DNA from: Haliotis rufescens
Taxonomy: Eukaryota
NCBI RefSeq assembly: GCF_023055435.1
Contig: NW_025963890.1
Coordinates: forward strand, 3,720,001 to 3,784,000
Reading direction: 5' to 3'
DNA: 64,000 nucleotides
Positions 1 to 11,400 of this stretch are shown one piece after another. A program made the translations under genes and the position numbers. Below the pieces are notes generated by a model. The model ran no database searches, was not told where the DNA came from, and was given only the letters and a program-made list of their open reading frames with translations. The stretch's first letter is position 1. Each line of letters opens with the position of its first letter.

Positions 1-236
1 TGCCCAAAATACTACTGCGTCGCTTAGGACTACAATGTAAGTTAACGGTCTCCTTACACCTGAAGAGCCGTTGAACGGCGAAAGATCTTATGTGGATAAA
101 GGATTTTTAACAAGCACGAATATCCGGACTCTGTTAAAGTGTGTGTTTTTTTTATATTTAATACTTATACACCTGAAATCACTTGTTTTATATACATAGT
201 TTTGAACAACCAGAAGACACGTATACTTATTCTTAT

Positions 237-515
237 GGGGGCACGGGTGGCCCAGTCGTCTGAGGCGCCGCAATTCGCTGTGTAGTGTTGCGTCCCTTGG
301 GCACGCCAGAATCCTATGATTAATGGTTCGAGTCCCGGTTCGCCCCGATTATGTTTCTAGGTTTGTCAGCACCATACCCGTGCTCGAGGGTTTCATCAAA
401 GTGGTAAACGTCTTAGACCTGTATTACTTCGGGCTTTCCTCCCACATCACGCTGACATGCCGTGATATAACTGGAATACTGTTAAAAGCGGCGTTAAACA
501 TCACTCACTCACTCA
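237..515 (+). mobile_element. SINE family A (tRNA-Leu-like head), full length
   Basis: A box TGGCCCAGTCG, B box GGTTCGAGTCC, (ACTC)n tail, TSD tattctta. Confidence 0.85.
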
Positions 516-859
516 TATTCTTACGATGACGATGATGATGAACACGCTGCAGGATCTTTCCTTATCAAGAGAACTACTTAAAAATAATCCCTATCCACTT
601 TAGATATACCACATTTATTCCTTGCGACAGCTGCATGGTATAAATATCATGTCAGGTTGATAGAGTCTGGTAATCTCCAAATCTATACTCAGTGGAACTA
701 TTTAGAGGCCCCCGATGTAATAGGGAACATAAAAACTCATTTTCAAAATTAATGAAGACATATTGGGTCAAAATGAGTGTATTGTGTGTCAGTTCGAAAT
801 GCATTACAATTTAAAGGGATAGTCAGTAGGAAGAGAGTGATTGGAGCAGTTCTAGGAGG

Positions 860-1380
860 ACCCCGTACATCATGTTCGCACAATCTGCTGTCAAACTTGG
901 TGTGTTGTGGAGAGTCAGTATCTTGTGTAACCACCCGTTTCTGAACACATCGGTGCATTATCGTCCTGAAAAGACGGGAAACCTCCATAGCGACATGTAA
1001 TCGCCAAAATCTCATCTCCACAGCGTTGTGCAGGTAAGATTCCAACAACAACAACGTATAACTGTCTTTGCAGCAGTTAAAAGGCAACTCAAGACCATTA
1101 TACAATCACTACAGCGACGTCTGTAAACACGCCAATGGCCATCATGGAAGGATATTGAATTTGCTTTCTTGTAACCAAACTGACGACCACCGAAGTTGAT
1201 ACCAACGCTGATGACGTCGCGCACCACAGCAAATTATGCTGCCCATGACGAGGTGTCAGTGGTGGATGAATTGATAGTGGAGAACGTAGACTAGCAAGTA
1301 GAACGCAGCCTGCTTTGTATGGTGGTCATGCTCATGCGAACGTTTGTGGAATGAACGTGTTCATCTGACGTGATGTCAGA
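860..1380 (-). pseudogene. degenerate Tc1/mariner transposase fragment
   Basis: Frameshifted minus-strand peptides CARRHQRW, DGHWRVYRRR, FQDDNAP (DD34E region). Confidence 0.7.
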
Positions 1381-1397
1381 AACTTGTTGAGTAGGAC

Positions 1398-1826
1398 CGC
1401 GATTCGCTGTGCAGAGTTGCGTCCCTTGGGCACTCCAGAAACCTATGATTGTGGGTTCAAATCCCGGTTCGCCCCGATTATGGTTCTACGTTTGTCAGCA
1501 CCATACCCGTGGGTTTCACCAAAGTGGTAAACGTCTGAGACCTGCATCATTTCGGGCTTCCCTCCCACATTAAGCTGACAAGTCGTGATATACAGTAAAC
1601 TACGGATATAAAGAACTCAAAGGGACCACTAATTTTAGTTCGTTATAACCGTAGTTCGTTATAAGCATATATATACAGCATAACTACAGCAAATAGTCGG
1701 GACAAAAAAGTAAGTTCGCTATATCCGTCAGTTCGTTATAAGCGTGTTCGTTATAAACGTAGTTTACTGTAACTGGAATAATGTAAAAAGCGGCGTTAAA
1801 CCCAACTCACTCACTCACTCAGTCAC
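1398..1826 (+). mobile_element. SINE family A, 5'-truncated, interrupted by a MITE
   Basis: 13-bp TSD tgttgagtaggac (1385-1397, 1827-1839). Confidence 0.85.
1593..1769. mobile_element. Tc1/pogo-type MITE nested in SINE A
   Basis: TIR cagtaaactacg / cgtagtttactg, TA TSD, internal gttcgttata repeats. Confidence 0.85.
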
Positions 1827-1889
1827 TGTTGAGTAGGACAAAACAAGGTACCCATCCTGCCTGTGTTGCATATGACACAATGACGACCA

Positions 1890-1999
1890 AGGCCTCTTTC
1901 CACAAAGTGATCTCGGCACTAAGATGATCGTAACTTCCATACTTTATCATAAACTTACAGCAGTTGCAGTGTTAAGATCGCTTTGTGGCATCGGGTCCA
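1890..1999. mobile_element. small foldback MITE; related copies at 26411-26606
   Basis: Imperfect TIR ccacaaagtgatct / agatcgctttgtgg. Confidence 0.6.
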
Positions 2000-2351
2000 G
2001 GGTTTTTTAACATATTCAACAGTTCCAGTCGTTTAGAAACCGCTCAAGTTAGTAATACGTAATTATTCTGAGTAAAATAAATTTACTGTAGCAGTCAAAA
2101 AGTCCAATTCACACCGAGACCGATTGACCATATTGTGTTCATTGAAAGAGGACACCATATAGATGGGGATGAGGTGCGATATCGACTGAGGAAGTATTTA
2201 ACTCATATTTACATGTGGAGAGGGGATGTTTGGGAGACAAGGAATACTATTTTATCGTTTATACAAAAACTTTAGAATTCAGGTACTCAAGAGTGACGTC
2301 AACGCGAGAATATCCCCCCCCCCACACACACCCCCCCCCCCCCCCCCCACA

Positions 2352-2513
2352 CCCCACGAGCACGGTATGATGCTGACAAACCTAGAACCATAATCGCATC
2401 GCGGCGGACCGGGATTCGAACCCACAATCATAGGTTTCTGGCGTCCCTAAGGGAAGCAACTCTGCACAGTGAATTGCGACGCCTTAGACCACCTTGAGCC
2501 ACCTGTGCCCCCC
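2352..2513 (-). mobile_element. SINE family A, partial
   Basis: Reverse complement of the family A head. Confidence 0.75.
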
Positions 2514-2994
2514 AGTTTTCACTATTCAGAATCAACACCTTTCAAGCTCTGCTAGATTGGTTTAAAAAAAAATGTGTTACGTTTCTGTGACCATGAACAC
2601 AAATCCTAATCCTGTGGCAATATTGGTGGGTGTTTAGCTGCTCAGTGTTATTTATCCTTGTACATTGTTTTCATTTACACAGTTGTAGAATGGGTACCAG
2701 GTAGTGAGAAGCTGAAGGATGCGTTCTGAAGATAATTAATTTCAACTTAATATTGTCATGCATAAAATGCAGGTGTGTGATCAAGGTCAATATAGAATGC
2801 ATTCTTTCGGCCATCTCATCCTTGGGTGTAAGGGATACAACTTTACAATGCAAGTTATAAAGCCCTAAGCCAAAGGGCCATACATATGATCAGTTGTTTA
2901 GAAAATGACTCTACTCAAAAACATATGGTCTTAAAAAGACATAAGCTGGCATATGTCAACAATATGCAATTTAAAACACATTCATAATTGAGGA

Positions 2995-3263
2995 GTGAGT
3001 TGGGTTTAAGGCCGCTTTTAACAGTATTCCAGTTATAATATGGCGTGTAAGCTTAATGTGGGAGGAAAGCCTGAAGTGATGCAGGTCTCAGACGTTTACC
3101 ACTTCGGTGAAACCCATGAGCACAGGTATGGTGCTGACAAACCTAGAAACATAATCGGGGCAAACCGGGATTCGAACCCACAATCATAGGTTTCTGGCAT
3201 GCCCAAGGGACGCAACTCTGCACAGCGAATCGCGGCGCCCTTAGACGACTGGCCCGTGCTCCC
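2995..3263 (-). mobile_element. SINE family A, full length
   Basis: 13-bp TSD tcataattgagga. Confidence 0.87.
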
Positions 3264-4810
3264 TCATAATTGAGGAATAACAAAGAAAAACATTATATTA
3301 TTTCAACATTTTAATCATTAAAAATACTGAATTTTACAGGTAGAAAATGTATAAGTACATTATACATTAGACATATTTACACATGACACTGATGAATGTA
3401 CAGGATGAAATAGTGTATAATAACATGAAACCATGACAACATGCCGTTGATACGAATATGACACATTAAATATATGCCCTATAATATAATGTGTGAAACA
3501 ATGTAAGGCCCAAAATAGTAATTGCTTGATTTTGGATAGCGAACCTTGCCTGGTACCTGGTACCTCACAAAACATAAAAATACATTAATGACATCCATGA
3601 CTACCACGGCCTGACTTTTTACTCCTGAACCGATGTATATTTTCACAAATTTAAATTTTGGGCACAATTAGAATAAATATTTTCTGCAAGGTAGAGGAAC
3701 AAAAGTTTTTGCTATTATTTTCCTTAAAATAAAATATTATTAAAAGCAGAAATATTTAAAAAGTATTTTCAAATTCAATTTCTAACTCAATTGTCAGAAA
3801 ATTCAATTAAAAGAAACACTTAATTTGTTTTGAAATAATAATAAAGGATTTGATTCACAGTATCGTTATCTGAAAAACATTTCAGTTAAATAAATTTTAG
3901 TTTGGGTTACCTGATATTCTGTTGTTTATACAATTCAAAAACACATTCTGTAGACACTGAGAAGTAATGTCTTAATATCTATCTCAAACAGATTCAATTC
4001 ACTTTTTTGAAATTAAATCACACTTAATATACAGTCATAAAATGTGAGCTAGAAATTGTAAAAAAAGCATTAAATATAAATAATCACAACCACAGATCAT
4101 GCTGTGAAAAGACACATGCATCTGTCCATGCAAGATCAAAAGTTGTACACACAGATGTAGAAGATATTAGTACATACAGCATAAAAATACACTTTGTTCA
4201 CTTCAGATTGCCGTAAAAACTCTCTGGACTTTTGCATAATTATTCAACTGTTCTGGCATCACAACATGAGAACATGAAATATTTCCTTCATATTGGTTTG
4301 ACCATCACGCAAGAAATAAACGCAGCTGGTTTCAGATGGGTACACCACGTCCTGAATCATGCAACTTTCAAAGTGGAAATAAAACCATGACTTCGTGTAT
4401 AACAAGCAAACACACAACCCTCATGGCCACCCTAGAGTTCATTGATCACCCAGCTTCCATGTAATACTCCAACCCCAGAGGAATTCTAAAAATATTTGTT
4501 CACCAAAAACTTGTACTTGTCCTATATACTTTGTTTATGGGAACTGTTGGATTTATTTTTTCCATGTATCCTTTTGGAAGGCATACTTAACACTAGGAGT
4601 GTGCAAGATAACCGTTATACTGGTATATTGCACTATGGACGTCAACTATACATATATCGCAATACGACTCATGTGTATCGATATGTTCAATAGTCGCAGC
4701 AGAATTAACGTATACTAATATAAATTACATCTCCTATCTTGATGCATTTGGATTATGTTTACTATCTAATCACAAGCTTAGACATCACATGTTGATGATG
4801 TAATAGGTAG

Positions 4811-4977
4811 TCTCATTTATTTAAGAAATAAATGACTTGTGGTCGTTGTTTATCATACGATAAAACACTGCGGGGAGAATACACCATGAGGGACGCAGAC
4901 CCAAGTGGTTTGTTCTCCCTGACATGTTATAGTGTACAATAACCAACGACCACAAGTCGTTTACTTCTTATATGAGA
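4811..4977. mobile_element. foldback element/MITE
   Basis: Long imperfect inverted arms taagaaataaatgacttgtggtcgttg / caacgaccacaagtcgtttacttctta. Confidence 0.65.
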
Positions 4978-7025
4978 TATCAACATTATGTACACAGCCT
5001 CTTTAAGGATGTTGATAAAATGTATAAACTTTAAAATCAGTTACCTTAATTTTAATAATGATGACTCCCTGAATACAATCCGACCTCGGCAATGTAGGAC
5101 AAGTCCGTATTATGAACAGGTGGGTTAAGTTTGGTATTTACAGCCCCACTACGTATTGTGATATGTATTGCAATACAGCTCCCCACAATGCAACATACGC
5201 CAACTCTGCTTAACACGACATCCAACATGACACACAAGGGCCAATCCAGCATTGGAAATAATTTGAATAAGGGAATCTACATCACTGATGGATCACCTGC
5301 CCATAAATACTACTTTCCTGCAGCATTATCTAGAGAATTGAACACACTAATTGTTTCACAGTGACAAGCAAGACTGATCATTCCCAGTCAAATGAACTGC
5401 ACAGAAATTGACGTGTATCATGGCGTCTGACAATCATAAAATGATGTCATAAATCTTATAACTGTTGCATGTTATTTCATACTGTTGTGTTAGATCCTAG
5501 ATGGTTTAGTAATGATACGTCTATGCTAGAAAATCATATCAATACTCCAGCTGAAAATGAGTTGTTAGGATAATAGCACTATAAACATAGTAACACATAA
5601 ATATGACTCAGTGAGAAACAAATAATATACAACCAAGATAAAGCACAATTGAGCACCTTTTCCTAATATTCTCTATTTCAGAATATTGTTTGATGTACTG
5701 TTCAACACATTTAGCGGCTACATTAATAACAGTCACCTGTATTGTTATATTCCAAATCTAAAAATTCAATTTAATGACATTTTCAATCTTAAAACGGGGA
5801 ATGAAAAGGCTTTTTTTCTTAAATAGTATCAGGAATGGACTGGTAACCCTGGTAACCACAGGACTAACCAGACCTGTATTTAGTCACATGATAAACTGTT
5901 TAATGACAATAACAATGAAACTCAATTGTTACCCTACAACTGAATAATGTTAACATTTCTATCGGACTATGCACACATTCCTTCTGACTTTAATATGTTT
6001 GTGTAAAAAGTAAAACTTAAGTGAAATTCAGTGTATGCATGAGCTGATTGTTTTATTTGTGTTCTGAATAAATATTGACAGAGCTCTTGTAAAAGAATTC
6101 CCAAATTGACATTTTGAACCAAATCTTGAGATCTACAGCAGGTAACCGGGTAGGGTTGGGTAATAGGGGGTCGGGTACTTGGGTAAGTTCGGGCAAAAGT
6201 GGGTTGGGTTCCCGGGCTGTATATGTGGACTTTCTGTCAAAATGTCTTCAGATACTCGTATAAAATGATCTGGTCATGCAAACACTGAAGTTGACTTAAG
6301 TTTCATATCTATTCAAATATATATAGTTAGAAAGAAATGCGAACAATTTTTACCATTAAACAAAATATCACGTGACTAACCACGGATCCGGGTAGTCCTT
6401 TGGGTATCCGATCCTACTCAGGAACCACCCGACACGAGTACCCGAGTTACCTGTCCCAGCCCTAACAGGGACATTACATAATGTAACACAGACTTGATGG
6501 CCTTATCACAGGCTCATGCAGTGTGTTACTATTGCTTTCAACATGTTGGAGAACCAGTAGCAAATGAAATCTAGACTTTTATCTACAAAATGAGATGAAA
6601 TGTTTATTCATATACGTATTGCGATGAATTACACTGATTGACATGTACTTGTTTCCGTGATATTACAATCTGTGTATTATGAAACAATATTATCCACAAA
6701 CATGGTAGTACTTCTCAAATATAACACACATGTAAAGACAAGAGTGGATATGATCTTCAGGACTCAGATGAAAATTGCTGCCATTTTCAAGTTTTGATAA
6801 GGTTTGATGCATACAGCCATTGAACACAGCATGATACGTCTTTGAATGAGCAGATGGCAAAAATGGAATTATCGGCCGTCTCATCAATATTAATACTGGA
6901 ACATTGATGAATTTCAGAAAATCTGACTTCATTGTTTTAAATTACTACACAAAATAGTCAGTGTATAACAGCATATATAGGATAGACTAACCATATTGAC
7001 CAGTAAGTTACAAGCAGAAAGTGAC

Positions 7026-7243
7026 CAGGGATTTATCTGGGATTTCAAACTATGTGCCTTTGGCAGCCAAATTGTAAAAATAATTTTGATATTGTTTAAA
7101 AAAGTATTTCATATTCTGATTGTTATTTTTGTAAATTCTGAGGAATTAGGATCTTTTTTATTCAAATAGGTAATCCTTGTTGTAATTTGCTGTAGATGTG
7201 TGGGCCAAATTTCAGCCTCTGAGCAGGTCTAGATAAATCCCTG
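7026..7243. mobile_element. MITE with hAT-like termini
   Basis: TIR cagggatttatct / agataaatccctg; TSD not clear. Confidence 0.55.
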
Positions 7244-8305
7244 TTGACCAACTTTAGAAACAGTTCATACAATCCAAAGTCTGTTTTCTTTCCTATTCTA
7301 ATATTTGGTCTCCTATGTTGGCAAGACTTTAGCTACCAACATATGTTCCTATTTTGACTTGACTGGATCCGATGGACACGTACAGTGAACTATTCCCTAT
7401 TCATCCTTCACAATACCCTGTCAGACAGCCCTTTGGTTGCATGGTGAACTCTGTCTGTAGTATTCTTCTTTGAACCATGAGTCAGATTAAATCAACAAGG
7501 TTTGTACAAATAATAAATATCGCCAAACATTTTGACAAACAGCAAACAAATAAGAGAGAGAAAATATGCACTATATCAACAAAGTATGCACTATATATCG
7601 TTTCCCCAAGTATAAAAGAAAATCTCATCACTCTCACATGATCGTCCAATGATTTTGCAGGATTTCCTCAGTTCCAGGGAGGTTACTCACACAACCAATA
7701 TACACACCTATAAAACACATCACAATGGAGGATGGAATGTATTGAGATTGTATGAGCTATGAATTAAATCAGCAGGAATTCAAATCCTTCTCAGTCATGA
7801 ATGTACCAACATCCTTTCATCACTGTATTGAACTAAGCAAATTGCCACAAGCACATATGCAAGTCTTATGCTTGTTTATTTGTTGTCCTTGGAGCAAATG
7901 ATACATTGTCTGTCCTTGTTACCCATGACTTATTCATCAGTTTCTGTAAACCATGGCACAAAATTCTTCCCTGTTATTTCATCACTGTAAATGAAGATCT
8001 TGCCATTCTGAGGTTTGTGTTTCACTCCCCTCTTCAAAATGCACATCATCCATTATTCAAAACATCACTGTTAGGTTTGTTCCACACATATAAACAGCCT
8101 GGGGCCAAATCCACAAGCACTGAAAGGTCAATGATGCCAAACATCAAGGCTTTGGCTGTCCAGACAGACAATGACAGTCATGTTCCAGTGGACATATATC
8201 GTCATGTCTACATCAAGGCTACCTCGGTTCCGACAATGTGGATGTGCCATGAGTGTTCGGAGAGTGGGATTGGTATGATACGAGAGGTCGTTGTTCCCAA
8301 TGTCG

Positions 8306-8419
8306 TCATACAATGTTGACCTTCTGAAGTCTCTCCACCAATAGGGCTACCGACGTGTTGTTCTTCATAACCGAAACAGCCTCTTTGTGATCAACATTGC
8401 GGAAATCCATGCCATTCAC
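8306..8419 (-). CDS. ERBIN: terminal coding exon 21, PDZ C-part ([37 protein letters not shown])
   Basis: TAG acceptor, 114 nt to TGA; alphaB His suggests a class I PDZ. Confidence 0.92.
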   Translation of the reverse strand: MNGMDFRNVDHKEAVSVMKNNTSVALLVERLQKVNIV

Positions 8420-11400
8420 CTACAGAATAAAATAGAAAAAATCATACATACAAAATGCATTGCTTGACTGTACTGAAGGATCTCAAGACCTTGCTATGTG
8501 ATATGTACTGTATTCAACGTAATAAGCGCCCTGCTCTAATAAGCGCCCACAGCGATATTTGCTAATATATTGGTTATTGAACAATCCCAATTAGCACCCT
8601 TCAGATTGATCAATGTACAAGACTTATTTATTCTTGTATAATATGTGTGTTATATGCATCCTTAATTATGGGAAATTAAATTCTAGAAAAATATATCTGT
8701 CGTATATAAACATTTCAGGCTGTCAGCATAAACCATGAAATGTAACTTTCAACTTTTTTTTCATTAAAATGATATTCTAATAAGAGCCCCCTATTTCTAA
8801 TTTTGAGAGCGCCCTGGACGCTTATTATGTCAAATACGGTATGTGTTTATTCCTGATGATGATCTGCTGTCCTAAAATGTTACAAATGTAATTTTATATG
8901 ACTACATCAATGGGACTGAACATTCAATATCCTGGAGATGTCTACGTCACCAAATATAACTGAAAGTGAGTGAGTGAGTATGGTTTTACGCCGCTTTTAG
9001 CAATATTCCAGCAATATCACGGCGGGGGGACACCAGAAATGGGCTTCACACATTGTACCCATGTCGGGAATCGAACCCTGGTCTTCGGCGTGACGAGGAA
9101 ACGCTTTAACCACTAGGCTACCCGACCGCCCCTATAACTGAAAGGATGAACACAACCTTTTGGACAGCACACTTTTTTTTCAGGTCATCCAGCTTGTCAA
9201 GAAATCAATGCATAAAACATTATTTTAAACATTTCATCTCTCATCTCTAAGATATCAATGGTCAGTCCTGACTCATAAATAAACCTATAAAATAGATAAA
9301 AATTAAGGGGAGTAACTCCTTCATTTGTCCTATAATAAAAAAATGTATGCAAAAGCTTAATTTCATTACATTATCTTTTACTCCAATAAACCAGTGCCCT
9401 CTGAACATCATGAATACAATTTTATTTTGACCACTGCTCATTTGGATTGAAATAGAGTGAGTGAGTGGGTTGGGTTTAACGCTGCCTTTTACAGTATTCA
9501 GTTATATCATGGTGAGTCAGCTTAATGTGGGAGGAAAGCCTGAAGTGATGCAGGTCTCACATGTTTACCACTTCGGTGAAACCCAGGAGCACAGGTATGG
9601 TGCTGACAAACCTAGAAACATAATCGGGGCAAGCCGGAATTTGAACCCACAATCATAGGTTTCTGGTGTGCCCAAGCGACGCAACTCTGCACAGTGGATA
9701 GCGGTGCCTTAGACGACTGGTCAACCCGTGCCCCCGATTGAAATATATGACATAGCATAAACTGCAATATATGCATATCAGTCTTTGTTACAATTCTTCT
9801 CTGGAACACGTATTGAGTGTAATACCTCCATGATCTTGTCTCCTGGACGAAGGGTTTTGGCTGCAGGGCCTTCAGGCTGGATCTTGGTGATGAAGATGCC
9901 CTGGATAGTGACAAAAGGAGTATGAACTATGGTCAGGCAATTTGGCTTTAAAAAATTGGTAAAGAATTAAATAATGAATAGTGAAAAAAAGAAGAAGCAA
10001 AATTGATCATTCATTTCCCATTCGGGATTCGAACCCACACTTTCAGAGTAAGGCATCAAATTGCCAGCACACAAAGTCAGCCATCTAACCCACTCAGCCA
10101 CCAAGGCTTCCACAAAATGAAAGTCTGACAACTAGTGGCCTAGATCAGTAATTTGTGTAACTCTCTGATAAGTGTAAATTGGCATGGCCGAAAAATATGA
10201 ATACACAATCCTATTTAGAAAGTGGTCAAATGTAACAAATGTATTTTGTGGGGTGGTTAGTAAAACCAGGTCCTTACCTTATCATTGGGTCTGTAGGGGT
10301 TACCGTGAGACCCAAGACCTCCCGCTACACTGAAGCCCAGACCTGGGTTTTTGGTGATTTTAACCCGAAACTGGAAATAGAACAATAGGTTTGAAAACTC
10401 ACATTAATCTCAGATTACTTATATTACAATACCACACAGAATCACAAGTTTTTTCTTGCACCCAAAACTATGTTAAATACCTGTGTTAGTGCAAGGTGGC
10501 AATTGTGGCTATTGTACATGTATAACTAAAATCTATTTCACTTAAATCAAACACTTATTCAACCCATTACTTGAGTATTGGTTTCAATATCTCATGTATA
10601 AAATATATACCAAGGTGAATGAATTTAAATGTTCATTTTTTCAAACAGGTTTCTTTGTTGTTTAACGCCACACTCAAGTCTGGACCAGACAATCCAGTGA
10701 CTGCCATCATGAGCATCGATCCACGCAATTGGGATACAATGACATGCATTTACCAAGTCAGCGAGCCTGACCACCTGATCCTGTTAGTCGCCTCTTGTGA
10801 CGAGCAGTCACCTTTTACTGCAAGCATTTTCAAACAGGTAAAATTTAACATCATGTATACTAAATTTAAATAAATATCCCACTCTCTGTATATTTTGTAT
10901 CTGCTTATTTCAGAATGATTGAATATTCCATGGCACCTTATAAGTTTTCTTTCAATTTTTTAATTTCTTGTGTAATTCCTGAAAATTAAGATTCGGAATG
11001 TTTTGCAACACATTCCTGTTATCTATTCTTGAGCAGATCAAAAGATGTTAAATATATTTCAACGTACTGTCTCTCTAATTTCCTGGTATGAGTTATCGAC
11101 AGAGTTGTCTGCCTTTGGATACCCTGAGTCATCTCTGACAGGAGTTCCCTCCCTTGACTGCCCTGACATGTAAGCATCTCGTGATGCCGAGCTGCCTTGT
11201 CGGATCAGTGAGTGATGCACCTGTGGAGAGGGAGGAGGCTGGGATCCACTACGACCTGAAACAAACAACAGTCAACCATAAGCTACAAAATATCTAAACA
11301 GAACCAGATGTCCTTTGAAAAAATTTGATGTAATTCAAAATACAGTCTTCTTTCATCAAGCAGGAATTGAATCAAGACTAAAAGAATCATGAATATTTAC

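Noticed and set aside
3300-8305. Defined 3' UTR end or polyadenylation site
   Set aside because: Several AATAAA candidates on the minus strand (e.g. ~7875, ~6603, ~6053) in AT-rich DNA; cannot choose without transcript data.
7906-8319. 137-aa plus-strand ORF overlapping the stop and 3' UTR
   Set aside because: TTG start, no recognisable domain or splice support.
8967-9132. Functional tRNA genes in family A/B/D/F heads
   Set aside because: Acceptor stems incomplete, fused to SINE bodies or tails, mostly TSD-flanked and multi-copy.
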